Assembly (NCBI GenBank): GCA_900314585.1
Contig: OMVV01000004.1
Coordinates: 34,166-98,165 of the forward strand
DNA length: 64,000 nucleotides
DNA from: an uncultured Erysipelotrichaceae bacterium
Lineage (GTDB): Bacteria > Bacillota_I > Bacilli_A > RFN20 > CAG-826
Direction of reading: 5' to 3'
Part shown: positions 34,078 through 44,028 of the stretch, in pieces
Layout: each line of letters starts with the position of its first letter
Numbering within the stretch: the first letter of the stretch is position 1
Position numbers and translations under genes: made by a program
The notes under the pieces: model-generated
What the model was told of the DNA's origin: nothing
The model's input: the letters and a program-made list of their open reading frames with translations, nothing else
Databases searched by the model: none

Positions 34078-36941
34078 TATAAATTCACCTTGTATACTTG
34101 AATAGGAAGTGATTGATTTCCTTGCTTATAGGTATAGAAACGTTTTCCTCCAGTATTGTAATAAACATACTTTTGGTAAGTATTGTCATTGTAGCCTATT
34201 TGAATGCTGTCATAATCATCTTTCTCTTGAATAGTAATAAGCTTTTGCTTCTTATCTGCCGTTTTCTTAAATGATGGAGCATCTTTATTCACGGTCAATT
34301 TTAATTCGCTTGATGTGCCAACTGTGCTGGCAAGATAAATTGCTATTGGATTGATTTTGGTACCATCACTAAGTTCAACTTGTTCATCAAGTTTTTTGAT
34401 GTAGAAAGCTGCTCTTTCAACTTTAGCATCATAAATGGTTAGAGTATCGCCGATATTAGTGCTGTGTTGATAATCGAAATAATTTCCTTCTCGTTCATTA
34501 GTCCTGGTGTTCCAAATTTCATTATTTTCATTGCTTAAAGCACCATTCCAAACTCTTGTCTTGGTTGTGTCGTCACGATCGATACAGGTGATAATGTAAT
34601 ATCCTTCCGCATCAAAATCGGCATTTGATTTGACCTTGGTGTATGTCTTCGCGACGTATGGTTTAACGTGAATTGTGTTCGCGTTAACTTCTAATTCGTT
34701 TTCAAGTTCACCAATTGAAGTAGTCACACTAAGTGTGAAACCGTTATTCATCATGTCCATTGTTGCTTCATTTGGGAAGTCAAAATTAAACAATGGAGTT
34801 GCTTTAACTTTGTTATCTTCTTGAATGTAGATATCGAATTCAAGAGCTTCAGCGTATGACAAAGTAAGTGATGTTGAATCATCATAAGTAATAACGACTT
34901 GAACACCAGTGTAATCCATCAAATCATGTTCATCATAATCAGTTTTTGAAAGTGAATTACAAACGATTTGAACACTTTGAATTGCTTTAACACTAACTTG
35001 ATCAGCTGGAATTTCTAATGTTCCAACTTTGTTATCAAGATCACATTTAACTGAAACAGAGAAACCTTCAGTTTGCATCGACTTGCTCACCACAAGTGGT
35101 GAATATGATGCATAATCATATCTTGGAGTCTTTTTGTTCGAATTATTTGGATCTAGATATGTTTGTGATGAAAGTTGAGAGAATTTAAATGTTTCACTGC
35201 TTTCATCATCATATGTGATTTTTGCATTGAATTCGGAATAGTCAATCTTTTCACCTTCGGTGAGACTTGGATTATAAAGTGTTTCACCATCTTTATAAAA
35301 TACTGCAATATCGGCTACTTGTTTGACGATCAAATCATTCTTTTTGAATGCAAAAGTTGAACTTTTACCAGTTAAATTGTGTTTAAGTGTAATTGTATAA
35401 CCGTTTTGTAATGCTTTGATGGCGTATTCATGAAGATTTGTAGCGGAAAATGTTTCTTTGAATTGAGCGGTTTTATAATCTTTTAAGTCATATGTTAAAA
35501 CCGGTTCTTCAGCGTCGGCCATTAGATTAATCTTAATGCCAGTATAATCAATCTCATCATAGATGAGGTATTCGTGTTTTTCTGTTAAACTACCAGTGAT
35601 TTGAATACTCTTAAGCTCTGGATAAACAACAATTGGATACGAAGTTTTTTGAGTTTGAATAACACTACCTTTTTTGTAAGTATAGGATAGATTTACATCT
35701 TGATTTGCGGCTTCATTAATGAATTTGCCATCTTTGCCTAAATTATCAGTTGTTATGTTGAGTAAATGAGTTACATCAACCTTTGTTTCAGGTGATTCTG
35801 AGAAAAAGGCGTTAACGACTAAACCATTAGTATTAAATGCGGTGCCTTTAAAGAAGGCAGTTGGTTGTTCTGATGTTTCAGAATCGACTTCAATCTTTTG
35901 AAGATCACCACGATAATATTCGATGATGATTGCTTTTAGATAGATTGCTCCAGAATTAACTTTTGTTTCTGGATCATAGTAAGTTGGAGAGAAATGAATC
36001 TTGATATCTCCTGTTAAGACTTTATCGTTAAATTCTTCACCTGTAACTGTATCAAGAGGTTGATCGGTTGAATATTTTGGAGTGGCGACATCATTAACAT
36101 ACTTTGTATTTCCTACGGAAATAGTAATATGAGATGTACCTTCATCACCGCTCTTACCATAACCTGAACCGGTATTATAATGAGCGGCAGAAGATGAACA
36201 TAAAACTGATATTTTACGAATATATCTTGTATTTTCGGTTGAAAACTCGACATTGCCATAAGGGTCTGCTTTCGAGCCAAATGTCAAGGATTGACCACCG
36301 CCCACATTCTTTGTTGGAGTGTCGAACTTAAAGTTCCACTCCATTCCGGAAAGTGTAACGGTTCCTTCGCTTCTTGCTCGACCATCATCACCATTAAATT
36401 TATTAGCATCATTCTTATTATCTCCGGTCTTATCGATTTGCCAGAAATATGTATAGTCTGAATTATCGATAACTGTGATCGTAACTTCGTCAGTTAATGA
36501 ACGGTTATATTGTGAACGAGCTGTTAAGGTTGACGTGCCTTCTTTTAACGCCGTTAAAACACATTGACTAGTTTTATCTGGGTTTGGCTCAACTAGTAAT
36601 ACTTTTTCGTTGGATGATTTCCAATCAATGCCTTTTTCATCATCGCCACCACCGCCTTTAAATGTAACTGAGAAATCAAGGGTGGTTTTGTTTTGCATGA
36701 AAAAGTCTTTGGTGTATTTCATCGAAATACCCGTAATGTGCTTATCTGCAACCTCGCCTTCTCCTGGAGTACCTTCATGATCATCAATTGGTGGAGCCGG
36801 ATTAACAGGAGTAACCTCAGATGAATCAGGTTGACTCGATGAAGAAGATTTTTTCTTAGTAGACTTTGAGCCGGAATTACAACCAGCAAGAATAACTGTA
36901 GACATCGCTAGCAGTGACATAATAATCTTTTTTGTTTTCAT
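34077..36941 (-). CDS. Large multidomain surface lipoprotein (Big_2-like + module A + ~4 Ig-like repeats + module B)
   Basis: MKTKKIIMSLLAMSTVILAG-C lipobox, NSGSKSTKKKSSSSS linker. Big_2-like segment (ITGISM...LTALKEGTSTLTA...VTITV). Four ~100-aa repeats share an (I/L)xx(I/V)x(I/V)...DYTG(I/V) pattern. GGAGGA RBS and an upstream TATAAT. Confidence 0.85.
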   Translation of the reverse strand: MKTKKIIMSLLAMSTVILAGCNSGSKSTKKKSSSSSQPDSSEVTPVNPAPPIDDHEGTPGEGEVADKHITGISMKYTKDFFMQNKTTLDFSVTFKGGGGDDEKGIDWKSSNEKVLLVEPNPDKTSQCVLTALKEGTSTLTARSQYNRSLTDEVTITVIDNSDYTYFWQIDKTGDNKNDANKFNGDDGRARSEGTVTLSGMEWNFKFDTPTKNVGGGQSLTFGSKADPYGNVEFSTENTRYIRKISVLCSSSAAHYNTGSGYGKSGDEGTSHITISVGNTKYVNDVATPKYSTDQPLDTVTGEEFNDKVLTGDIKIHFSPTYYDPETKVNSGAIYLKAIIIEYYRGDLQKIEVDSETSEQPTAFFKGTAFNTNGLVVNAFFSESPETKVDVTHLLNITTDNLGKDGKFINEAANQDVNLSYTYKKGSVIQTQKTSYPIVVYPELKSIQITGSLTEKHEYLIYDEIDYTGIKINLMADAEEPVLTYDLKDYKTAQFKETFSATNLHEYAIKALQNGYTITLKHNLTGKSSTFAFKKNDLIVKQVADIAVFYKDGETLYNPSLTEGEKIDYSEFNAKITYDDESSETFKFSQLSSQTYLDPNNSNKKTPRYDYASYSPLVVSKSMQTEGFSVSVKCDLDNKVGTLEIPADQVSVKAIQSVQIVCNSLSKTDYDEHDLMDYTGVQVVITYDDSTSLTLSYAEALEFDIYIQEDNKVKATPLFNFDFPNEATMDMMNNGFTLSVTTSIGELENELEVNANTIHVKPYVAKTYTKVKSNADFDAEGYYIITCIDRDDTTKTRVWNGALSNENNEIWNTRTNEREGNYFDYQHSTNIGDTLTIYDAKVERAAFYIKKLDEQVELSDGTKINPIAIYLASTVGTSSELKLTVNKDAPSFKKTADKKQKLITIQEKDDYDSIQIGYNDNTYQKYVYYNTGGKRFYTYKQGNQSLPIQVYKVNL

Positions 36942-36993
36942 AACTTAAATCCTCCGGGGTGAGAAGACTTTCGTCACTTAGATTATAGAATAA

Positions 36994-37024
36994 TAAAAAA
37001 ATAAATGCACACCTGAAGCGCGCA
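36994..37024 (-). terminator. Intrinsic terminator after recJ
   Basis: On the minus strand UGCGCGC-uucag-GUGUGCA (includes G-U pairs) followed by TTTATTTTTTT. Confidence 0.55.
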
Positions 37025-37049
37025 TATACATAAAAATAGGATTAGAATT

Positions 37050-38612
37050 CTACTCTTTAGCGATAAAATCGCTAATTCTGAACTCTAGTGTTGTCGAGAA
37101 TTTTGTATTTAAATAAAAATTTCCGTAAATATCTATTCTCGAAGTCGCTTTGATAAGAGGTTCAGAAAGATTAAAACCAACGAGTTTTGATTGGATTGAT
37201 AACTTAGTGATTAGATGCTTTCCATAAGAGACAAATTCAAGACCTCTAGTTGGTAAATCACTGATCTTAAATAAAGGTTCAGCAAAACCCACTCCAAAAG
37301 GTGAAAATTCCTGCAAGGATCGATAGTTTTCCATCGTGATATCTCTTAATTCGATTTGAATTGAAGGTTTTTCTTCCTTCACAAATGGATAAGTTTCACA
37401 TAATTTTTCAAATTCTTCTTTAAAAGAAGGAAAATCATCTTTCTTTATCGATAAGCCACCCGCAAAAGCGTGACCGCCACCAGTGAGAAGATATTTTTCT
37501 AGTGAAGCAAATGCTTTGGTGACATTAAATCCTTCTTTAGAGCGAATCGATCCTTTTAAAATTGATGGATCTTTTTCATCTTCACTAAAGATGAGGACTG
37601 GAACGTTATATTCATTAAGTAATCTATTTGCGATTAGACCAATCAAACCCTCTAAAACATCGAGCTTCAGAATGATGCCTTTTTTACCCTCTAATTCATC
37701 TTTATTTATGAGTTCAAGGGACTGGGTTGTTAAAGACTTTCTAAGCTCATTATTTTGGATAATCCAATCATGGAGTGAACGAACATAAGATTCATCTTCA
37801 CTTGTTAAATATTTAACAAGAAGATTGATGTTTTTATCAGTTATTACCCGAGCGATCGCATTGATTTTTGGACCGATTTCTAACCCGAAAGATTTCTCGT
37901 TAACTACCTCTGAATCACATAAAGACATTAGACGAGGATATTTGTGTTCATTTAGCGTCTTAATTGCGAGGCGAACAACATCACGGTTATAGCCTTTAAG
38001 TTCCATCATATCAGTGACAACACTTATGCCTGCTAAAGTGAGTAAATAATCATCGTAATAACCAAGTAATGCTGCTGAAACAAAAAGTGACATATATCCA
38101 GCCGATCCGATTATATCGGAAATATGTGAAACTGTTGGATGAATCACCCCTACCGCATTCACCATAACTTCAGGAACTTCGTGATGGTCGATAACGATAA
38201 CATCCATTCCAAGTTCATTAGCCTTATCGATAGCTTCATTTGCGGATATACCATTATCGACGCAGATGATGAGATTAAATCCCTTATCTTTAATCTTTTC
38301 GACATTAGCAACATTTAGTCCATAACCATCGATGTATCTTGATGGAACATAACATGCTACTTCGTAGTGAAGCTTCTTAAAGGTCATAAACATGATCGAT
38401 GTTGATGTGATTCCATCACAATCATAATCGCCATAGATGATGATCTTTTCTTTGTTTTCAATCGCTTTAAAAATTCGGTCTTTGACTTTGTCCATTCCTT
38501 CAATCTTATTTGGATCAATTAAACGAACATCTTCAATTGGTTTGACCAGGTCTAAATATTCTTCGTTAGACAAAGAATAATAGTCGATGATTTTCTCTTT
38601 AAAGCTAGTCAT
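37050..38612 (-). CDS. recJ: Single-stranded-DNA-specific exonuclease RecJ (short form)
   Basis: DHH motifs (YGDYDCDGITS, DNG, VIDHH) and a DHHA1-like GGGHAFAGG. secDF-recJ synteny. Confidence 0.85.
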   Translation of the reverse strand: MTSFKEKIIDYYSLSNEEYLDLVKPIEDVRLIDPNKIEGMDKVKDRIFKAIENKEKIIIYGDYDCDGITSTSIMFMTFKKLHYEVACYVPSRYIDGYGLNVANVEKIKDKGFNLIICVDNGISANEAIDKANELGMDVIVIDHHEVPEVMVNAVGVIHPTVSHISDIIGSAGYMSLFVSAALLGYYDDYLLTLAGISVVTDMMELKGYNRDVVRLAIKTLNEHKYPRLMSLCDSEVVNEKSFGLEIGPKINAIARVITDKNINLLVKYLTSEDESYVRSLHDWIIQNNELRKSLTTQSLELINKDELEGKKGIILKLDVLEGLIGLIANRLLNEYNVPVLIFSEDEKDPSILKGSIRSKEGFNVTKAFASLEKYLLTGGGHAFAGGLSIKKDDFPSFKEEFEKLCETYPFVKEEKPSIQIELRDITMENYRSLQEFSPFGVGFAEPLFKISDLPTRGLEFVSYGKHLITKLSIQSKLVGFNLSEPLIKATSRIDIYGNFYLNTKFSTTLEFRISDFIAKE

Positions 38613-38647
38613 AAAATGAAAAAGGCTACTTTTAGTAGCCTAATTTG

Positions 38648-41392
38648 TTAATCGTTAATACCGATATAGATTCTTTCTTCTGGTTCAGAAGTTTTTGGTT
38701 GTTCGTGTAGTTTGATACGTGATTTCTTTTCTTTCTTAACGAATTTTGGAAGGTGAATCTTGGAGAATAATTTATCAATTAAATTACCAAGTGGACCCAT
38801 GATTGTTAAGATAGAGACTAAACCAACGATATCGCCAACAAGGACAGCTGCGTACATATATGCAGTTGAGGCTAAACCAAATCCAAAGTAGTTGATTGTG
38901 ATATAAATCGCGATGATGGATAAGGTAATAATACCAGTCGCTGAAAGCGATAAAGCTCTAACCATAATGGAGCGACGTTTTTCTGGAGTAAGTTCTTCCT
39001 TGTTTTCTTTGAAAAGTTCTTTCTCTTTCGCGAGATAGAATAGAGATAACAACATAGTTGTTACTGCCACCATTGGCATCAAGATTGCACTTAAGGCAGT
39101 TGTACCAATTCTTGTTAAAGAAAGTAAACCATAAGCAATCGCAGTTGAACCACCACTAACAACTAAAGCAGCAATGCCGCGTGAGACTTTAAATCTAATT
39201 GCGAAGTATAGCGCAACGCCAGCAATTGCAACACCAGTTGCTAAAGCAATATAACCTTGGTTTGGTGTGGTAACTGTTTCGTGTGATTTAAGAAGCGAGA
39301 CGGAAATCTTGTCTTCGTTAGTGATATTTTCAAAATGCATCACTAAGTTTTGAACTGCTTCTTCGAAGCCTTCATAAGCGACTTCATAAGTAACACCATC
39401 ATCGAAGGTATATGAAACTTCTTTTGGAGAGATGACATCTTTTAAGTCGACGGAGAAGACATGATATGGTTCAGCTTCTTCAACTAAACGATCGGAATCA
39501 AATTTGGTAACTTTTTGATAGTTAACAGCATCTTTTTCGTCGTAGTTAAGTTTGTTGCCATCAATTAAGATGTTCTTTAGAACATAGGTTTTGAATGAAT
39601 CTTCATCATTGATGATTTTATCATCAGCGTTAACAGTGACATAAACGACTGAATAATCTTTTGTAGCGTTTTCCACGTTAAGTGGTGAGCCTTTAAGTAC
39701 ACAAAAGGTGACAATACCTGCAACTGAGGCAACAAGTAAGAGCGAGAAAAGAATTGAAGTTAATTTGGAGTGTTTTGTGAAGTTCACATTATCATATGCT
39801 CCAACTGGTTCAGCTTTCTTTTCATCCATGACGTTTGGAACATCCTTTGGATCAATTGCGAATAATTGTGTTTTGTTTTGGAACGCAGTTGTGTTCGCAA
39901 GTAGATACATCATTATCTTGAAGATAATAAGGTTCATAGCCAAGGTGAATAACGCACCGAAGAATAAGACAACGCCCATTGGTTTAAGTGCGACTCCACC
40001 GAGGACATAAAGCATTAAGCCAGCAAAGGCTAAGATGACGGAAGCATCGATTGTGAGCAAGTTGGACTTACGTGAAGCTTCTTGATTTGCTTTACGAATT
40101 GAACGGCCTTTTAAGATTTCACCTTTGAATTTATTAAGATAATAAACTGAACCAAATAATGAGCCAACCGCTAGGATTGCACCACCAATAACTGCCGGGA
40201 TATTGAATAAGGCACCCATTGAGGTGAAGACAACGTATGTTAAGAAGATTGTCGCAACTGTGTTAGAAATGACGGCAATCGCGCTTAAACGATAGAAAAC
40301 AATGAGTAATAAGGAAATGATTGCTAAAGCAATAAGAGTCGAAATAAGAGTCGTCGACATTGCGATGTTAACATCGTTACCTAAGACTAAGAGGTTTTCG
40401 TTTGTTGCCTTGATTTGGTTGGAATTATATGTAATACCAGATTGAGCTTCGTTAACGTAAAGAGGTTGAACGTCGAGTTCATATTTGGAAGCATTGAACA
40501 TGTTCTTTAAATAAAGAGCCTTTAAGTTAGCAAACTTAAGGTTATTTAAATCGTAGTTACCTTCTTCGTTAGCAGTACCACAAAGGTATTGGATTTCAGT
40601 GTGTTCTTCTTTAGATTCTTCATACCAGAAATGTTTGCTGGAGAATTCCATTAAGATTTTGCTAGCGACATGTGGATCTTTGCTAGCTTGTTCATATGTA
40701 TCAGCATCATCCCAGTCATGGACTAAGAAAACGTTTGGTGTTTCTGGTTGTTCTTCTTCACCTTCACCTTCACCTTCGGTGCCTTCTTCAGCGCCTTCAG
40801 CGTTCAACCTTCTAGAGAGGGCTTCACCATTATCGGATGAGGCTTCTTCTTCACCACCTTCATCTTCACTTTCATCGACAGTTTTAAGGAATTGTTCGAC
40901 TTGAGTCTTATCAGAAACTGGAATAATGACGTAAGGAATTGTGTCTTGGACTTTGGTAATGTATGCGACGGAATTATCAAAGACATTTGTGACGAATTGT
41001 TCTTCTTTTTCACCAATTAAAGAGAAATTACCACCGGAGAAATTAAGATATTTGACAATATAGTCAAATTCACTTTGATCTGCCGCAAAAGAAACTTCGA
41101 TCGCATATTTACGGTCTTTGTTACCTTCACTCATGGTTTGGTCAGCTTGATATTTAACTGAATAATCCTCAACGTTAAAGTCATCTAAACGTTTACGGAA
41201 TTCTTCAACAACCTTGTTAACACTGGTTTCATCAGCATCTTTATCTTCGCTGCTATCAACAGTGTAAACAACTTCGTATGAGTTGGTGAATTCTCGGCCA
41301 GCATTCATTTTAGTGAACACTGGAGTAGCAGTAACACCGACTGCTAATAAGATGGATAGTGCCATCAGGATATAAGCTATAAATCGTCGCAT
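38648..41392 (-). CDS. secDF: Fused protein translocase subunit SecDF
   Basis: 914 aa with two blocks of 6 TM helices, each preceded by a large extracytoplasmic domain. Bacillus-type SecDF fusion. Contains an acidic low-complexity insert. Confidence 0.9.
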   Translation of the reverse strand: MRRFIAYILMALSILLAVGVTATPVFTKMNAGREFTNSYEVVYTVDSSEDKDADETSVNKVVEEFRKRLDDFNVEDYSVKYQADQTMSEGNKDRKYAIEVSFAADQSEFDYIVKYLNFSGGNFSLIGEKEEQFVTNVFDNSVAYITKVQDTIPYVIIPVSDKTQVEQFLKTVDESEDEGGEEEASSDNGEALSRRLNAEGAEEGTEGEGEGEEEQPETPNVFLVHDWDDADTYEQASKDPHVASKILMEFSSKHFWYEESKEEHTEIQYLCGTANEEGNYDLNNLKFANLKALYLKNMFNASKYELDVQPLYVNEAQSGITYNSNQIKATNENLLVLGNDVNIAMSTTLISTLIALAIISLLLIVFYRLSAIAVISNTVATIFLTYVVFTSMGALFNIPAVIGGAILAVGSLFGSVYYLNKFKGEILKGRSIRKANQEASRKSNLLTIDASVILAFAGLMLYVLGGVALKPMGVVLFFGALFTLAMNLIIFKIMMYLLANTTAFQNKTQLFAIDPKDVPNVMDEKKAEPVGAYDNVNFTKHSKLTSILFSLLLVASVAGIVTFCVLKGSPLNVENATKDYSVVYVTVNADDKIINDEDSFKTYVLKNILIDGNKLNYDEKDAVNYQKVTKFDSDRLVEEAEPYHVFSVDLKDVISPKEVSYTFDDGVTYEVAYEGFEEAVQNLVMHFENITNEDKISVSLLKSHETVTTPNQGYIALATGVAIAGVALYFAIRFKVSRGIAALVVSGGSTAIAYGLLSLTRIGTTALSAILMPMVAVTTMLLSLFYLAKEKELFKENKEELTPEKRRSIMVRALSLSATGIITLSIIAIYITINYFGFGLASTAYMYAAVLVGDIVGLVSILTIMGPLGNLIDKLFSKIHLPKFVKKEKKSRIKLHEQPKTSEPEERIYIGIND

Positions 41393-41517
41393 ATCTTCTA
41401 ATTCCTTTTCTAAATTGTAAATTTAAACGTCTTTTAAAGAATACTCTTTCTTACTTATTAAGTAAAGGGAGAATATTTTTTCACTTTGTCGATATATTGT
41501 CTTAATTTTCATTTTTT

Positions 41518-41552
41518 ATGAAAAAAATCCTAATATTTTTTAAAGGATTTTC
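41518..41552 (-). terminator. Intrinsic terminator after ruvB
   Basis: On the minus strand AAATCCT-12 nt-AGGATTT followed by TTTTTTT. Confidence 0.6.
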
Positions 41553-41587
41553 ATCATTAATTTTGGAGTTTATTTACAATGTAAATA

Positions 41588-42592
41588 TTAATTAAATAAT
41601 TTGTGGTTATGATGCTTCTCAAGATGTTGATAAGCCTTCTCAGTCACTACACGTCCACGCGGAGTGCGATTTATCAAACCAATTTGTAACAAAAATGGCT
41701 CATAAACGTCTTCGAGGTTCATCACTTCCTCACCGATGGATGAGGCAACTGTCTCTAAACCAACAGGACCACCATTGAAGCGATCAGCGATGGTTTCGAG
41801 GTACTTAATATCGACATCATCTAAGCCTAAGCAATCCACTTTTAGCGCAGTTAATGCCTTTAATGCATCATCGAGCTCAATGACATCTTTTCCTTCATAG
41901 TTAGCGAAGTCACGAACTCGTCTAAATAAGCGGTTGGCAATACGAGGTGTTCCTCTACTTCTTTTGGCGATTTCACTGGCAGCATTCTCATCAATTTTTG
42001 TATTGAAAACTTTAGCGGTTCTTTTCACGATATCTTCGATTTCCTTAACCGAATAATAGTTAAGTTTTTCGGTTATACCGAAACGCGCTCTTAAAGGTGA
42101 GGACAAATCGCCTGCTCTAGTGGTTGCTCCAACAAGAGTAAATGGAGGCAAATCAAGGTTTAAAGAAGAGGCTCCTGAATCACGTGGAATAATGATCGAT
42201 AAACGATAGTCTTCCATCGCTCCATAAAGAACTTCTTCCACCACTCTTGGTAAACGATGAATTTCATCAATAAAAAGAACATCGCCTGGTTCAAGAGAAG
42301 TTAAAATCGAGGCTAAATCACCTGGTTTTTCAATCGATGGTCCGTTTAAGATGCGGATTTGAGCGTGCATCTCATTTGCGATAACGTGTGCAAGTGTAGT
42401 TTTTCCTAGTCCTGGAGGACCATAAAGTAAGACATGATCAAGAGTCTCGTTACGATGCTTTGCGGCACCAATAAAAATCTTAAGATTTTCCTTAAGTTCT
42501 GATTGACCAACATATTCTTTTAAGGTTTTAGGACGAAGCGATATTTCAATCGCGTCATCATTACCTTTATTTGCGTCGACGAGTCTTGCCAT
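41588..42592 (-). CDS. ruvB: Holliday junction branch migration ATPase RuvB
   Basis: AAA+ motifs ([17 protein letters not shown]), sensor residues and a winged-helix C-terminus. Confidence 0.95.
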   Translation of the reverse strand: MARLVDANKGNDDAIEISLRPKTLKEYVGQSELKENLKIFIGAAKHRNETLDHVLLYGPPGLGKTTLAHVIANEMHAQIRILNGPSIEKPGDLASILTSLEPGDVLFIDEIHRLPRVVEEVLYGAMEDYRLSIIIPRDSGASSLNLDLPPFTLVGATTRAGDLSSPLRARFGITEKLNYYSVKEIEDIVKRTAKVFNTKIDENAASEIAKRSRGTPRIANRLFRRVRDFANYEGKDVIELDDALKALTALKVDCLGLDDVDIKYLETIADRFNGGPVGLETVASSIGEEVMNLEDVYEPFLLQIGLINRTPRGRVVTEKAYQHLEKHHNHKLFN

Positions 42593-42593
42593 A

Positions 42594-43148
42594 TTATTTT
42601 CTTAATTTCTTTAATGCTGCTCTTAATATTTCTTCGTTTGTTGCATTTGGGATTGATATTTGGGCTAAAGTATCTTCAATAACTTTAACTTTAAATCCTA
42701 ATGATTTAAGAGCTTCACGAACTTCATCATATTGATCAGGATTGGCACTGCTAGCAGTTGTTAATTGTCCTTTAATATCAAGGATAATTTGAGCAGCAGC
42801 TTTTCCACCAATACCCGGGAGCTTCTTTAAGAAGGTTACGTTATTAGCAGCAATTGCGTTAAATAATTCATCTGCAGTTGTTGCACTTAATGCGTTCAAA
42901 GCGGTTCTTGGACCAATTCCTTTAACAGAAATTAGAGCGACAAACGCTTCTTTTTCTCTAATTGATGAAAATCCTGCTAAATATTGTTCATCTTCACGGA
43001 CAACATTGTATAAATAGATGGTTGTTTCTTTCCCTAAGACATAGTCTTCTTTATGGGAAACGAAAACTTGATAACCGATATTGTTGACTTCGACAACAAC
43101 GTAGTCATCACCAATGTAAGAAATAGGACCTTTAAATGAGAAATACAT
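42594..43148 (-). CDS. ruvA: Holliday junction DNA helicase RuvA
   Basis: OB N-terminus plus two HhH motifs ([18 protein letters not shown]). Immediately upstream of ruvB. Confidence 0.9.
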   Translation of the reverse strand: MYFSFKGPISYIGDDYVVVEVNNIGYQVFVSHKEDYVLGKETTIYLYNVVREDEQYLAGFSSIREKEAFVALISVKGIGPRTALNALSATTADELFNAIAANNVTFLKKLPGIGGKAAAQIILDIKGQLTTASSANPDQYDEVREALKSLGFKVKVIEDTLAQISIPNATNEEILRAALKKLRK

Positions 43149-43295
43149 AATTAGTGAAAGTTAATGATAAAGAAAATGATAATTAGAAGAATCAATACAG
43201 CCGAAATTAATGATGAAACTAAGGCTGGAGATATGATTCTTTCTTTCATGCTTTTTATTTTATAAAAAATTTATTAATTAATAAAGTGAAAAATA

Positions 43296-44027
43296 CTAAT
43301 CACGTTTAAACGGAATTGGTTCGGGAATAGAATTTCGTTTGTGTTCACTGATTTTATGCAAATATTCTATTCTCATTTTGACATTTGGATCGATCTCTTT
43401 TCCGAGTAAGAAATCGTCGAGATCTTTGTATTTAACACCCATCTCAGTTTCGTCGGTTTGACCTTCAAAAAGCCCTGCAGATGGCGTACGATTTGCGAGT
43501 TTATCGCTAACTCCATATAACTTAGCGGCTTCTCTAACTTCATCTTTGGTGAGATTAACTATTGGAAGTAAATCAGCTGCTCCATCACCGTATTTTGTGA
43601 AGTAGCCGACATATCTTTCGTCCCAATTGTCTGTACCTAAAACTAAACCACGTTTTTGTTGAGCAAAAGCAAACAATGCTACCATGCGCATTCTAACTTT
43701 GAGATTTGATTTGGTTAATCGATCAAAAGATTCACCCTTCAAACCCTTCAAATAAGAATGATATGTATCGGTTAAGTTAATCACTTCAAGATTAACATCG
43801 AGTTGTTTACTAATTTCAATCGCATCAGCGATATCTTGTGGATTTGATTCAACATCTATTGCATAGCAATAAAGTCTATCTTTTCCCACTGCCTTACGAG
43901 CAATTGCGGCCACTAAAGAAGAGTCAACACCGCCGCTTAAACCTAAAACAAAAGTATCGAGTTTGCTTGACTCGAGGTATTCACGGAGGAATTTTTCAAT
44001 TTCCTTTAGATACTCTTCTAATTTCAT
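43296..44027 (-). CDS. nadE: NH3-dependent NAD+ synthetase
   Basis: PP-loop GLSGGVDSS and the nadE-like C-terminal region. ~243 aa. Confidence 0.9.
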   Translation of the reverse strand: MKLEEYLKEIEKFLREYLESSKLDTFVLGLSGGVDSSLVAAIARKAVGKDRLYCYAIDVESNPQDIADAIEISKQLDVNLEVINLTDTYHSYLKGLKGESFDRLTKSNLKVRMRMVALFAFAQQKRGLVLGTDNWDERYVGYFTKYGDGAADLLPIVNLTKDEVREAAKLYGVSDKLANRTPSAGLFEGQTDETEMGVKYKDLDDFLLGKEIDPNVKMRIEYLHKISEHKRNSIPEPIPFKRD

Positions 44028-44028
44028 A

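Noticed and set aside
31679-36941. Homopolymer-driven phase variation of the lipoprotein genes
   Set aside because: The A-tracts at the 5' ends and in the Lys tract are only 5-7 nt and are interrupted by G. That is too short for me to claim slipped-strand switching. I saw no invertible-promoter inverted repeats.
43151-43249. 32-codon hydrophobic ORF (MKERIISPALVSSLISAVLILLIIIFFIINFH) immediately upstream of ruvA
   Set aside because: It has no Shine-Dalgarno sequence, is very short and could arise by chance in T-rich DNA. It is worth a look only if conserved in relatives.
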